A DNA stretch of 64,000 bases, from the NCBI GenBank assembly GCA_963693365.1, contig CAVNZM010000006.1, forward strand, positions 4,254,764 through 4,318,763, given 5' to 3'. The notes under the pieces were generated by a model that made no database searches, was not told the DNA's origin, and saw only the letters and a program-made list of their open reading frames with translations. Shown piece by piece: positions 1 to 36,948 of the stretch (the stretch's first letter is position 1; each line of letters begins with the position of its first letter). Source of the DNA: Amoebidium appalachense (lineage: Eukaryota; Protista; Ichthyosporea). The position numbers and the translations under genes were made by a program.

Positions 1-2
1 CG

Positions 3-203
3 CCATGCAGGGGCAAAGGGGATATTATGGCATTGGTGGCCCTGATTCTTTCCGCACTATCTGCCATCGGTGTGGTCTTCTTGCTTTTCACTGCAAGCCA
101 AAACCGCAAAGCGAGCACGTCCCCAACCGGATCAGATGGTACACCTGAATGGCCTCGGAGCTCGCCAAATAAGAATGGGAAGTCTACGTCACCGGAGGTT
201 TGA
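3..203 (+). CDS. 3' end of a gene entering the window; hydrophobic TM segment followed by a short Ser/Pro-rich tail
   Basis: Open frame from the window edge: PCRGKGDIMALVALILSALSAIGVVFLLFTASQNRKASTSPTGSDGTPEWPRSSPNKNGKSTSPEV*, TGA at 201-203. No family recognised. Confidence 0.45.
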   Translation, partial: PCRGKGDIMALVALILSALSAIGVVFLLFTASQNRKASTSPTGSDGTPEWPRSSPNKNGKSTSPEV

Positions 204-1624
204 TTTCATTGGGTGAAGGAGGAAAAAAGGAATGTGATGGTGTTTGTCGAAGTGTAGATTATCAAAGAATCGAGCAGTAATAGTGCTACGAGTCAGTAAC
301 ATGTGTCGATAGAGGATGTGTAAAGTGATCAGTTATGAAAATGTACATAGCGTTATCGTGACGTTTTATGAAATTATTATTATTATGGACGGGATACATT
401 GCATCATCATGGTGTTTTATGACTATGACATTGTTATTATGAGCGTGAGCCTTTTGAATATATTCCAACTGAAAATTAGTTGGCGAGAGAGATCTGCGAA
501 AATATAGCCTAACCGGTGAAATATACCTAGCCGGCATAGGCGCCAAAAATAAACTATGGAGACTTTCCAGATATAGTTCGCAAGCTCTATTTAGAGATGT
601 ATTTAGGCCAACTGATTGGTTGGAATAGTGTTCCAACAATCAGTGGCCACTAGGGAGCCGACTATGGTATATAGGCGGCGACTCGTTGTACTCGTCTTAG
701 CTTTGTTTCCCCGTCGGCCCGTACTTAGCCCCACCCACCCGCCCGAGCTGTGTTGCATTTCCCCGTCTTTAGCTAGTCTCTTGCTGATTGGCTACGGCAC
801 ACACACACAGAGAGACACACACCCACACATGCACACATACATGTACACACACACACACGCGCGCGCGCGCACACACACACACACACATTATATATGAAGA
901 TTCAACACCAAGCCCAGTGCCCCACTACTAAGCCAAATGAGCAAATGAATCCAGCCATACAAGTGATGGTACCGGAGAAAGGAGAGAGAGGGAGAAAGGG
1001 GAGATGGGGGGAGGGGGGGGGGGGGTGGGGGGGGGGGGGGGGGGGGGGGGGTACCGGTGAGAGGGGATGATTTTGAGGTGAAGAAAATCAAGATATAAAA
1101 CACAAAAAGCCCCCCCTCCCCCCCCCCCCACACACACACCACCACCAGCCCGTCCCGCCCCGTGTCAAAATTACTGTTTGGCCATTTCCTAGCTAACCCC
1201 CCCCCTTCCCCCCTCCCCCACCTCCCTTTTCCCGTGCCAAGCCCGAACAAGCAATGCGACACCGTTTCCCGGGCCACCATCCTCAAGCAAATAAAAAACT
1301 AACCCCCCTCTTCCCCCCCCCCCCCCCCCCCCCCGGAACATGCACCACCTTCCCTCAGTTGCTTTCCCATTCCCTCTTCCCCTCCCCCCCAGCCCCCCCC
1401 CCCCCCCCCCCCCCCCCTCCCCTTTCCCCCCCCCCTCCTCCCCCCCCCCCCCCCCCCCCACACGCACACACATGCAAACACTCACGACCACCACCTTCTC
1501 TGACTTGCGTCCCAGGATCCCCTCTTCCCCATCCCCCCTCCCCTCCCCCCTCCCCCCTCCCACCCCTTCCCCCCTCCCCCCTTCCCCCCCCCCCCCCCCC
1601 TCTCCCCCCCTCCCCCCCCCCCCC

Positions 1625-1965
<341 letters not shown>

Positions 1966-2484
1966 ACCCACCCACCCACCCACCCACCCACCCACCACCA
2001 CCTTCCGTCAGATGATTTCCTGGCATCCCCTCTTGCCACAGTAAAATGCCTATCTGTCCCTCGTTATCGGGAGCAAAGGTTGTGAAGTAAAAACAGCTGG
2101 ATGAAACGACATGCCATTCGGAAAGGACCGGAATACTTGGATATTCTTTATCTGGTTAGTTATCTTGTTTTATTATGTCAACAAAACATTTCTGATTCGT
2201 CGTGCAGGCGAAGCTCTACCATTTCATCACAATATACAATACTTAGTCTAATCGGTGGTACATATTACTGCTTTGGGTTTGCAGCGACAGTCATATACTA
2301 GTATGTGCTCGAGTGCATGTTGCTCAGAGCCTACAAAACAATCTAGAACTAGAAATGGGAGTTTCGGCTGGAATCAGAATCAAGGCAGATAATTTGGCAC
2401 ATCATTCTCTCTCGTACACTAGCTAGGGGTCATAGTAGTCTTCTTCGCATAGACCCAGTCACACAATTCGCACTCCAAAGTATC

Positions 2485-3517
2485 CTAGGCCGCATATGGC
2501 ATGGTGACGTCCACCTGGCTCTCCTGGATCTCGCTGGCAACGGTGCGCCTGCGGGCATAGATGACTGCGGCAGCGGCAGCGGCCAGCAGGCCGGCACCGA
2601 CACTGGCACCAGCCACGGCACCAGCAGTGACGGCCCCAGAGCTGCCCGACGTAACGGCCGGGGAAGAGGCCGAGCCGGATGGGGCTGCGGCAAGGCCCGA
2701 GGCGGCAACATGCGAGGTGGTGGGTGCAACAAGTACCTCCACAGTGTCCACAGCAGAGGAGAAGGCCACGGACGGCTCGGGGGTGATGGTCGGTGGCACC
2801 GTGGTGGTGGATGGGGGAGGAACGGTGGTAGTGGGGGGAGGGGGAGGAACAGTGGTGGTGGGAGGAGGGGGAGGAACGGTGGTAGTGGGAGGAGGGGGAG
2901 GAACGGTGGTGGTGGGGGAAGGAGGGGGAACGGTGGTGGTGGGGGGAGGGGGGAGGGACGGAAGAGGATGTGGGCTCGAGGTAGCACTCTGGGCCCTGTA
3001 CCTCGCCAATGCTGAAGCGGTTGCCGTCTGTCGTCAGGACAGCGGTGTTTGGCACGGCCGACAAGTTGAGCTTGCGCTTGAATGTGGCGCAGTAGTTCGA
3101 GGACGCGCCGGGGGCGGGCAGAGAGTCTGTCCACAGGTTGCCGTTGAACTGGTTATCACCGTCCATAGTCACCTCCGCATAGCCCTCGGTGCTCGAGGCA
3201 ACACTCCACGTGCCCATCTCCCCACGCAGCCCGCCGTTCTCGTCGGTGAAGCAGCTCAAAAACCGTACGCCAAAGCTGGTCAGTGCCTGTGCCTGGCCGC
3301 CGGGGGGCGCGCATTCCGAGGGGGCGGCCTCGAAGTTGCTGCTGTATGCGACGCTGTAGCAGAACTGGGTGGTCTGGGCGGCCTCGTCGTACTTGTAGCT
3401 GCCGGGCACATACGTCACGGCCCAGTCGATGGCTTTGCCGCTGCAGTCCACGGCTGCCTGGGCGCTGTGGATGGCCGCAACGGCCGCAAGAACAGTCGTC
3501 ATGCCGCGGATCGTCAT
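2485..3517 (-). CDS. Intronless type-I membrane/surface glycoprotein (signal peptide, Cys-containing ectodomain, PT-rich stalk, TM, short tail), with a +1 frameshift near 2948-2953
   Basis: ORF 2459..3517 gives signal MTIRGMTTVLAAVAAIHSAQA and an ectodomain up to EPTSSSVPPP. ORF 2485..3009 gives (PPPPPTTTV)n, TM GAVAGASVGAGLLAAAAAAVIYA, stop-transfer RRR and tail ...MPYAA*. Removing one base from the G6 run joins them. Confidence 0.8.
2795..2956 (-). repeat. Coding tandem repeat, 27-bp unit encoding PPPPPTTTV, about 6 copies
   Basis: Periodic ggaggaacggtggtagtggg units on the plus strand. Confidence 0.85.
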
Positions 3518-3618
3518 TTTGTTTTGTTTACAAATAAGTATGCGCTAGGAGAAAGATTGGGTTGTGCTAGTAATACGTTTGTAGCTGGTGTGGATGATGT
3601 TGCTTGCCGGCTGGCCCC

Positions 3619-3626
3619 TATATATA
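3619..3626 (-). promoter_or_regulatory. TATA box of the surface-protein gene
   Basis: TATATATA about 100 bp upstream of ATG 3517; minus-strand CCAAT motifs (plus-strand attgg) near 3665 and 3698. Confidence 0.5.
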
Positions 3627-5214
3627 ATCGTTGTCCAGCCGTGGGTGCGAGCATCAGGATTCTAATTGGCTTTCTCTCCAAAGAGAAAGTCATTTTGATT
3701 GGGCATGATCTTTTTTTACATCTCCCTATCGAAGCAGATGTGCACAGAAAACGAATCTTCTGCTACATCACAAAGGCCATTAGTCTTATTACGACTAAGT
3801 CTTACCAGACTTTAATACACATTTTTATATAAAATTAGATAAAATAAATTTTTTTATTAAAATTTTTAGTTGTCTAAATAGATCACTGTTCACCCGATTT
3901 TATGTTATTCTATATCATAGGTCAATAGACTATGAATTCTGAAAAGGCACGAAGTTGAAATTCGTTGGGCCCCAGTGCTTGCCCAAAGATCTTTCAGTGC
4001 GTGGCGCTGGAAGTAGCTGCATGGCGCCGTACACTTCTTGATTATCTTCACTTTTTGTTAGGGTTCCCCACAGCTGTGCTCACCGTATTAAAAGAATAAA
4101 AATAACCTTTAAATTATAATATATTATTTCAAAGAAGCATTTCATGTAAGCAACAATGAAGAGAAAATGAATCGAACCCACAATGCAAGGTCAGGTGAAC
4201 CCAAAACCCAAGAGATCTAGGGAGAACAGAAGCCACGAACAACGCTCCTGAGAGCTGAACTCTGCATCGAACGAGCTTTGCCCAGCCAGCCGCGAGTGGG
4301 TGCCCAGCAGTGCGCCAGCACTCTTATACGTGGGCAAACGCTGTGGCCAGCCTGAACAGGCTCTGACACGAACTGTGCTGTCTGTGCCCGCCAGTCGAAC
4401 CACCGCCTAAGGATTTTTGTGGTGCAGGTATATACGCCATGCATAAGCATAGCACAAGCTCTGCGTTTGTACATATAGCGCATTTGTAGATCTGGTACAC
4501 TGGTGAGTGCACGTAGCTAAGTAAACTATTCCCGGAGCTTGCTATGTCACATAGTATAGGCAGCCTAAATATGTACGCACAAGACGCATTCCAAAAAGGT
4601 GTCTCGAGCTCAGCGGCCGCCGGTTTTCTCGAGTTCGATGCAAGCGCTTTGGTACGGTTTGGCCTGCACCACGAAAAAACCGATGTTGTCTTGGGTTGTC
4701 CCTGTCTTGCAACTTGATGTGCCACCCGCTCTAAATGTGCAAGACTGTGCATTTGGGCGTGCGTTTTTGTGTGTGCTTTTACAGCTTGTATCCGCGCACA
4801 CGTACTTGTGTGTGCCGCGGGCCGGACGTAAAGACCTTGCCCTACACCAAACCGGAGTAGATCATGAGCGTGTTGTACAGTCATACACCAATTTTCTATT
4901 TTGTTGGAACTAACTGCTATGTGCCGGCTATAAATACAGGTAACCTTTGCCATATTATGCAGATGTCGCTAAGTGTGGCATCCGGATCCAACTCGTACAT
5001 ATAGCTGCTTGGTTATAACCTTTTAATCTAGATCTCCTTTTACCTCTGTGCGATTCAGTCGCATGTCTGATAATGGTTGTTGATAAAAGACTGATCATGC
5101 CCGTAAAAGAGCATGCAGACATCATCACATCTCTACGTTGCAGCTACGTTGCAGCAGGTTAGCTAAGCAAGACACAAAAAAATCATAGACCTTCTCGAGA
5201 GATCTATTCAGACT

Positions 5215-5472
5215 GGGGTTTACGCTGTTTACTCGAGGCAAAGAGAGACCAGTCTCAGGTATGGGGGGTTTTTGCTCGGAATATCCCCTCAGCGGTATAT
5301 CATGATCACGTACATAGATGTCGGGTGATGACTATATATCAGTGTTTACTTTCTCTACGAGACACCATAAAGACTAAGAAAAATCATGAGTCAATTAGTT
5401 GGGGTTCCCCGTTATTTTTTTTTTTTTTTTTTTTGGGGGGGGGGGGCTCCCCTGGAACACTCGATATCAGCT
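5215..5472 (-). repeat. Dispersed repeat family B, copy 1; probable 3' UTR of the adjacent LINE
   Basis: Reverse complement aligns along about 250 bp with 49322-49572 (e.g. gagactggtctctctttgcctcgagtaaacagc). Same orientation as the LINE and just downstream of its stop. Confidence 0.8.
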
Positions 5473-5494
5473 GGTTGTGTGTGTGTGTGTATGT

Positions 5495-5553
<59 letters not shown>

Positions 5554-5554
<1 letters not shown>

Positions 5555-7510
5555 TAGAATTTTGTAATGATGTGTTTCTCAAGCCAATCAATACATCTAA
5601 TAAACAGGTCGTAGTTACGCGTGTTTAGTATAAAATCAAGGATGTTGTAATTTACAGGTAGGCGCGATCTTTCTGGGTGTCTGTTGTGAATGTGACGTGT
5701 GTATGTTGCGGTATTATGTGGTCTATTAAACTACATTTGGCGATACATGACAGTTTAAACTGGTGTGTGTGTGTGTTGTTTGGGCATGCAAACGATGCCA
5801 CCTTATACTTTTTAGATCTCCACTGTATAGCACGTGTACAGTAAAAGCGTGGCAATTGATCAATAATACCATCAGCTAGAGAAAGACCAGTTCTACAGGA
5901 AGGTAATATGTATTTAGGTGTTATACATTTGCGAGTGCCATATTTGCCAATATGGTTAAGGCGGTCATTATATATAAAACGAGACAGTAAGGCTTAGTTT
6001 CTCAAGGTGTCTGCTTTCATCGGGTACGTGTCGTGTGGTATCTTTTTCCATTTGTTATATTGCGTGATTACCTTGTGATTGTGTACATGTTTAATAAGTA
6101 AGTGGCAATCCAAAGTCACACGCACACTTTTGCGGGGTTTATTTGTATTTGTGCCTGGGGGAGAAGGAGAGAGAGAGGGAAGGAAAGAGGGGAGAGGTGA
6201 GGAGGGGACAGGTCGGATAGAGAAGGGAGGGTGGGAGGGCAAATACTTCTTTAAGCGGCTTATGTGCTTATTGAATTTCAGCGCGAGATGGGATACTCTA
6301 GCAGCTATTGGGACCAGACCATATATCGAGAGCGTTACAGGCCCAGGTTTACAACAGTTGTTAGATAGAAAGGAGGCAACTTCTGCTTCAAGGAAATTTG
6401 CCAAGGGTTTAAGCGCTCTAGTTCTCTCTTTCTTGATCCAAGCGGCGAGAAGGGGTAAACCATATTCACATGCCGGGAAGACAAAAGTGCGAATAAATGT
6501 AAGTCTAATAGAAGGATGGAGGGGTGTGTCTTTAAAAATATTAGCCGAGAAGAAAGCTAACTGCTTACGAGCCAACTCTACCCTCTTTTCGACCATATGG
6601 GAAAACATAACACCAACAGAATTAACCGGGACACCAAGATATTTGTATTCTGGAACTATAGGTACAGGTTTAGATGACAATGTAAATGTGTGTAAATTGT
6701 TAGCTATATCAGGTACAAGAACACCACATTTGTCTATGTTAAGGGTCATAAGGTTTGCCTTGCATCACTCTGACACTACATCGAACAATCTTTGCAGGCG
6801 TCTAGGGGTACGGGCAAGGAGGGACAGATCATCAGCATAGAGAAGTGCAGGCGGAAAGTTATTAATAGGGTCATCATTTTCGGCATAAATCTTGACAGCC
6901 AAATCATCTATAAATAGGTTAAACAAAATGGGGCTAAGCAATGAACCCTGCAAGAGACCTCTAGTACGAGCAAAAGCGTATGAAAGATGCCCATTAACCA
7001 CAGCTCTACCATAGGTTTGAGACAAGAGTGCTTCTAACAGAACACCAATGCAGTGTGGTACATCCCGAAGCTTTTCCCATAGGAGACCAGGGGAGACAGA
7101 ATCGTAAGCAGTTTTCCAATCAATAAAGCCAACAAATCGTGCACCAGCATAGAATCGTGCAGTGCCATTATTTGAACATAATGGCCGCTGCCCTGCATGC
7201 CACCTCGTGGCACGGCGAATATTCAAGATGTGTGTTCTCAGAGAGCCCTTGCTTTGGTGATAGGCAGATAGAGGTGCCTCCCGTTAACACTCGCACGAAG
7301 AAACTTTAGACAGAGACTTTGTTTATCTACGACTTCCGGAAACACCGCCTTCGCAAAGTTCGCATGCCACCCTTTGAACAAGGCCTCCGAGGATATATGG
7401 AGCAAGGCCTTCTAAATAGCACACCGGTGTGCTATTTAGGAGGCCTTGATATGGAGGCTTTGCCTTTGGAACGGTGCGTGCAGTATGCAACCAGCTGACC
7501 AATCGCATGC
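5554..7510 (-). mobile_element. Decayed non-LTR retrotransposon (LINE) reverse-transcriptase ORF
   Basis: RT motifs FIDWKTAYDSV, GLLQGSLLSPILFNLFIDDL, LLYADDL, LNIDKC, YKYLGV. ORFs 6765..7226, 5994..6749 and 5652..5855 share one frame broken by TGA at 6765 (E*C, Trp expected) and TAA at 5994. A frameshift near 5670 leads to ...NYNILDFILN...KF* (TAG 5554-5556). The 5' part is degraded. Confidence 0.9.
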
Positions 7511-8235
7511 CCTCAACTTTATGTACTTTGCGCTACATGAGTTTAATCTAATCAAAATGTAGCAAAGCCTAAAGAAAAGGTCACGGGGGCTGGGGGTTTG
7601 GACTGGGTACCTTGGGTGTGTGACCGTGCATGCGAGTCGTACGACGGTCTCGGTGAAACAAAGGGCATATTCAGGTACACGAGAGAATGTCTAATAGAAG
7701 CAAAGAAAAAAAAACTTCCTTAAATATGTAGAGTTGAATAACCTCAAATATTCTACATCTACACAGCTAAACCAACAACTGGAAGCAAATGCTAAACAGG
7801 GTTAGCAAGTGTGGTTCTCAAGTTCGAAAAGCTCAAACAACCAATCAAAGTTTGCGTGCTTAATTCTGTATTGACCTGTCCACCTTCCTAATTCGGCAGG
7901 TATTTCTCAAACGAACCCGCGCCGGTGCCGCAGCGCGCGAAGTTTTCCGTTTCTGTTGAAGGGAGAGACAGTCCGTGGTGCATGCATGATTCTGTTTTTC
8001 GTCTTTTTGAATCATAGTATTTTTTTTTGCCTACCCTTTCCCCCTTGGAGAAAAGCATCTGTTTATAAGCATGTTCTAAAGAGTAGGCTTCTGGAGGGGG
8101 TTAAGTTAGGCACACAGCGGGTCTGTTTGAAGAGCAGCTTTTGTTGGAATCACAGGCTCCCTTGTTGGCTCGAAATTTGTCGAGTTTTTATAGCAAGTAT
8201 ATGCGGAGGCACCTTAGAGAGCATCAGTTAGAAAA

Positions 8236-26772
<18,537 letters not shown>

Positions 26773-27265
26773 TCGGGGAGATTTCGTCGTAATTTCCATT
26801 GCACAGTGTAGGGTTAGGCAGGTGGTTTTGTTATTTTGTCATATCGATATTAACCCATTGCAAGATGTAGTAATTGTATTTGGTTTCGGGGAGATTTAGT
26901 CATAATTTCCATTGCCAAATGAAGTATTTGCAGGTGGCCAAGGATTCCCTACGAGTTTGATGACTGGGCCGGGTCTGGGCTTTCTTTGTGGCAGAGATAT
27001 GAAAGAGATATCATTACAACCTCCATTGCAGAATCTAATATTTACATGCAGTTGGTGGCTTCCTTCGAATTTTTGGTTATTAGATTTCAAATTGGCCACG
27101 GAACTTCGTGCCGGGGCAGGGGAAGGCTAAGCGGATGATTGTAAATATGTTAGAGTTATTGGCCTTGCGTATTTGCTATTTATACATGTGAACATTCAGG
27201 AAGAAGCGAAAAGTTGCGCTTCTCAAACCTGCAAGAACTGATATAGCTAGGTTTGCACACAGGTG

Positions 27266-27321
<56 letters not shown>

Positions 27322-27456
27322 CGGCTGATCTCGAGTGCCCCAGGAGAACCCACAAAAAAAAGGAAAAAGAAAAAAACGAGGAACCCAAACCAAGTGATAT
27401 CCTATTTTTTTGCAATTGTATGGGAATATTTATATTAATATTTACAAACAACACCT

Positions 27457-27545
27457 GACATATCCCTGATGCTGAGGGGTTAAACCAGGGGAAACCCCCC
27501 TTGGCAAAGACTGGTCTCTGTGCCTCAAGTAAACAGAGTAAACCC
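27457..27545 (+). repeat. Family B, short diverged copy
   Basis: gctgagggg...aaacccccc...agactggtctctgtgcctcaagtaaacagagtaaaccc matches 49495-49571. Confidence 0.65.
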
Positions 27546-27963
27546 TTTGCAGCTCAAGCTTGGTGCCTGTGAGAGGCAGAACGAGTATCTATCAGCACCG
27601 ATGCTATTATGAAACATGCGCGGTTAACGGTAAACAATATTGTGTAATATTAGTGACCCGCCCTCCCCCGCCCCCCCTTTCCTCCCTGACCTCTTTCTCG
27701 CTCCCCCCCTCTCTCTGACTTCTTTCTCTCTCCACTTTGAGTTCTCTCTCTCTCTAGATCTTTTGCAACCCGCAAGAGGACGAGGAGGGGGGGGGGGGGG
27801 GGGGGATTATGTGGTGGTGTTTGGCTTGGTGTATCTGAAAGCATGCAAAGGTTCCGGATGACTGGCATGTGGCAGTGTTTGCTGTGTGGGCTATACAACC
27901 TGTCCTTCCGTGTGCAGACGTGGCACATCCACGGGACACTGCTAACTAAACGTGGCAATGTGC

Positions 27964-28038
<75 letters not shown>

Positions 28039-28955
28039 ACGTGTGGTTGTGTGTGGGTGTGGGTGCACACGTGGGTGTGTGTGGATTTGTAGCGCTAGCA
28101 CTTGGATTGTGACACATTACGTCGAAAATACCATAGTGCCGTATCAATACCATACGAAATGTCATACATTTCTATAATCGCGGAGTCCTCTACACCCGAT
28201 TCGATACGTAAATATGTACACCGTGCAATTATCAATGTATTTATAATTACCATTCGTATGTAAACGTTTTGCAATCTAAATGTGACCAGTAACCTGAGCT
28301 TCTGGCATTCGCCACCAAGCAATACAATTCAAAAAACACATACATACGGAGGTTACATAAGCTGGTTGCGTACACGGATTGTGCATATGTGCACACATAC
28401 CTTTCTGTACACCTATAGGAAGTTTTGGCGCGCAAAAAAAAAAAAAAAAGGTTTTATAAAACAATAAAAAAGTAAAAATATATACATACAACGGCACATG
28501 CCTACATAGTCCATACTGCGTACACCCACATACATGTGCATGTCGGTATCATCATTCCACTGAGTGACTATTTGCACGCTTACACGGCTGTGCTAGTTAG
28601 ACCCATACGGAATTTAAAATGGCAAAACCCGGTATTCATGAGGGTTTTGTGCTTTCCCTCCCTTTCTTTCTCCCCCCCCCCCTCCCTCCGCACTCTCCCC
28701 CTTTCGCCTTCTCTCTCTCTTCCTCCCCTTTTCTCCATTCTCTGTGTACATGTGTGTGTGCCTGTGTGTCTGGGTGTGTGGATGTACACATGCCTTTATG
28801 ATAGCTTTTGGCGTTGTTGGTTAAGAGGACGAGACCACCCAATGAGATCGAAGCAAAATCATTCTATTTTAAAATAAATAAGACTTTTTAACCTTATCTA
28901 CTCCATTTTAAGTTTAAAGACCCCCCCCCCCCCCCTCCCCCTTCCTGGCTCCCTC

Positions 28956-34755
<5,800 letters not shown>

Positions 34756-35181
34756 GGCGCAAGTTGAGGTAAGAAATAGGGTCACACTCTTAGTGTTCAA
34801 GCCTTATAATTCTCTTTTGTTCTCGAGAATCTAATTACTTAGTTCGAGGTGAAAGCTGACTTCAAACGTGTTCTGTCATCTGCAGAAACGGGCACGTGAT
34901 TGCGCAAACAATCGTGACGTCACTAAAAGCAAACGCAGCCTTCCGATTGGTTGTTAAACCAATATTTAGCTTGCTGCATGCATTCCGATTGAACGGCATG
35001 ATCCAATCGGAAGAGCCAATGCCAACGGTTAAAAAGTAAAAACCAACAACACACAACTCTTTTTTTTCAGAGGGCCGTGACTTTTGTCATCCACATTCAC
35101 GCTGAACTCTGAAGGAGCCCAAAAATTTGCCACATAAACTCTTTGAAAAACAGGTTTTTCGTTTCTGTTTCTCTCTCAAAA
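34756..35181. promoter_or_regulatory. Compact bidirectional promoter between TRIT1 and the MDR gene
   Basis: 426 bp between divergent ATGs and free of long microsatellites. CACGTG 34893, TGACGTCA 34915, ATTGG 34946, CCAAT 34959, 35003 and 35016. Confidence 0.75.
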
Positions 35182-35980
35182 ATGGCGCAGGAAATCCCCA
35201 AGAAGATGAAGGCGGTCGTCTTCACAAAGAGGGTCGGCAAATTTGACGTGGATTTGAAGGTGCGCGCGAACGTGTGTGTGTGTGGGTGCATGTTTTTGTT
35301 GTTCACCTGTGTGGATTTTGTTTTCTTGTTGATACACAAAGAATTATGTTTTTCTTGTGTGTTTTTAGGGGAGCGCAGCCTCCACACCTACGTTCAAAGG
35401 ATAGTGGTGAAAACTAAGGTTTGGAAACCCTGTAGACTTTGGCCGGAAGAGTAGTAAAGTGAGCTTTGGCAAATAGACCTGATTTTCGAAGCGGGGAGCA
35501 AGCTTGAAGGGTGGGTGAGCGCACGTGAGATAAAGAGGTGGCATGGAGCCGAGAAAAAAGTGTTTGCGCGTTCATTCTATAAAGAAGAGAAAATGTATGA
35601 TTACCGTCACACCTGAAAGCTTAGCCAAGCATGACAACTCTGGGTTGCAGAGTACATTTTAAAGAGTTTGTGTCTTCATACTGGGGATTTGCCATAATGT
35701 TTTTGGGAATTAGACCGTTGTTTAGCTGGCTGAAAAACAAGGTGCTCGCTCGGATATGAAGTCGAGCGTGTTCGGAATGGAGTTTAGTATATTCGAAATT
35801 AAGGTTTAGGGCTTGCATACATAGGAGCAGACGTATGCACACTTTGCATTATATGTTATTGGGCCGACCCGTGTTGTTGCACTCACAAGTGTCTCTCCTT
35901 TTATATACACAAAAAATCTAACACACACTCCGGCATACAACGAACCCCCCCCCCCCCCCCCCCCCAGCCCGGGCCATCAT

Positions 35981-36039
<59 letters not shown>

Positions 36040-36152
36040 CTCCATGGAGGTGAGGGAGGTAGATGTGCCTGTGCCTAAGCCCGGTCAGGTCCTTGTGAAG
36101 ATCCACTACTCCACTGTCAACCCCAGTGACACGGCATTCGTTAAGGTACTGC

Positions 36153-36185
<33 letters not shown>

Positions 36186-36417
36186 CCCCCCAACCGACGC
36201 CCTACGTTCCCTCCTCTTCCCCCCCCCCTCCCCACCGTCGCACCTGCCTTCCACCAATCACCTTCACTTCTCACCCATCTCTCACCCTTCTTATCCCATT
36301 CCGTTAGTAAGCTTTCACACATGGAGACTCACGTCCCCGTCCCTCTCCCGGTTTCTATTTTCCACCGGTTTCACCTCTCTATGAAACGACCTTCGCACTG
36401 GAAGAGTTGGTGTAACC

Positions 36418-36448
<31 letters not shown>

Positions 36449-36890
36449 ACCCCCACCCACCCACTCACCCAATCCCCACCCCACCCCACCCCCCTCACTC
36501 TGTACTTCATTTCCCATCATATTTCTCTCCTTGGCATTTTTATCGCCTCCAATCCCCATGTTATAAAATCACACGCCGTGGCAAGCCTACCCCCTCTCTA
36601 TCCCCCCCCTTCCCCCCCCCCCCCCCCCTCCCCCTCCCTCCCTCCCTCCGCTCCCTCCCTCCTACCCCCCCCCCCCCCCCACTTCCCTCCCCCCCCACCC
36701 GTATACTTACCCACACACACGTTTCCTGTCCCAATATCCCTTCCAGGTTTCCGCTTTGCTCGCCTTTTCCCTTTGACCCTCTTTTTCACATCTCCATCGT
36801 AGTTTTATGTACTTCTCCCTTGTTTCTTGGAGGCTACCCCCCCCCCCCCCCTTCATTTCCACCACCTCCCCCTCACCCTCACCCTCACCC

Positions 36891-36948
<58 letters not shown>

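Noticed and set aside
2561-3832. 423-aa plus-strand ORF
   Set aside because: Antisense shadow of the GC-rich surface-protein gene; the minus strand has the signal peptide, TM and TATA.
4191-4953. ORFs 4324..4953, 4191..4403 and 4599..4913
   Set aside because: No recognisable motifs, codon bias or splice-supported structure.
6765-6767. TGA at an expected Trp in the RT, suggesting UGA=Trp recoding
   Set aside because: The element has another stop and a frameshift; host genes use TGG for Trp and end in TGA (TRIT1, both receptors).
6079-6840. 253-aa plus-strand ORF (likewise 60065..60541)
   Set aside because: Antisense to the RT ORF (and to receptor B respectively); no independent motifs.
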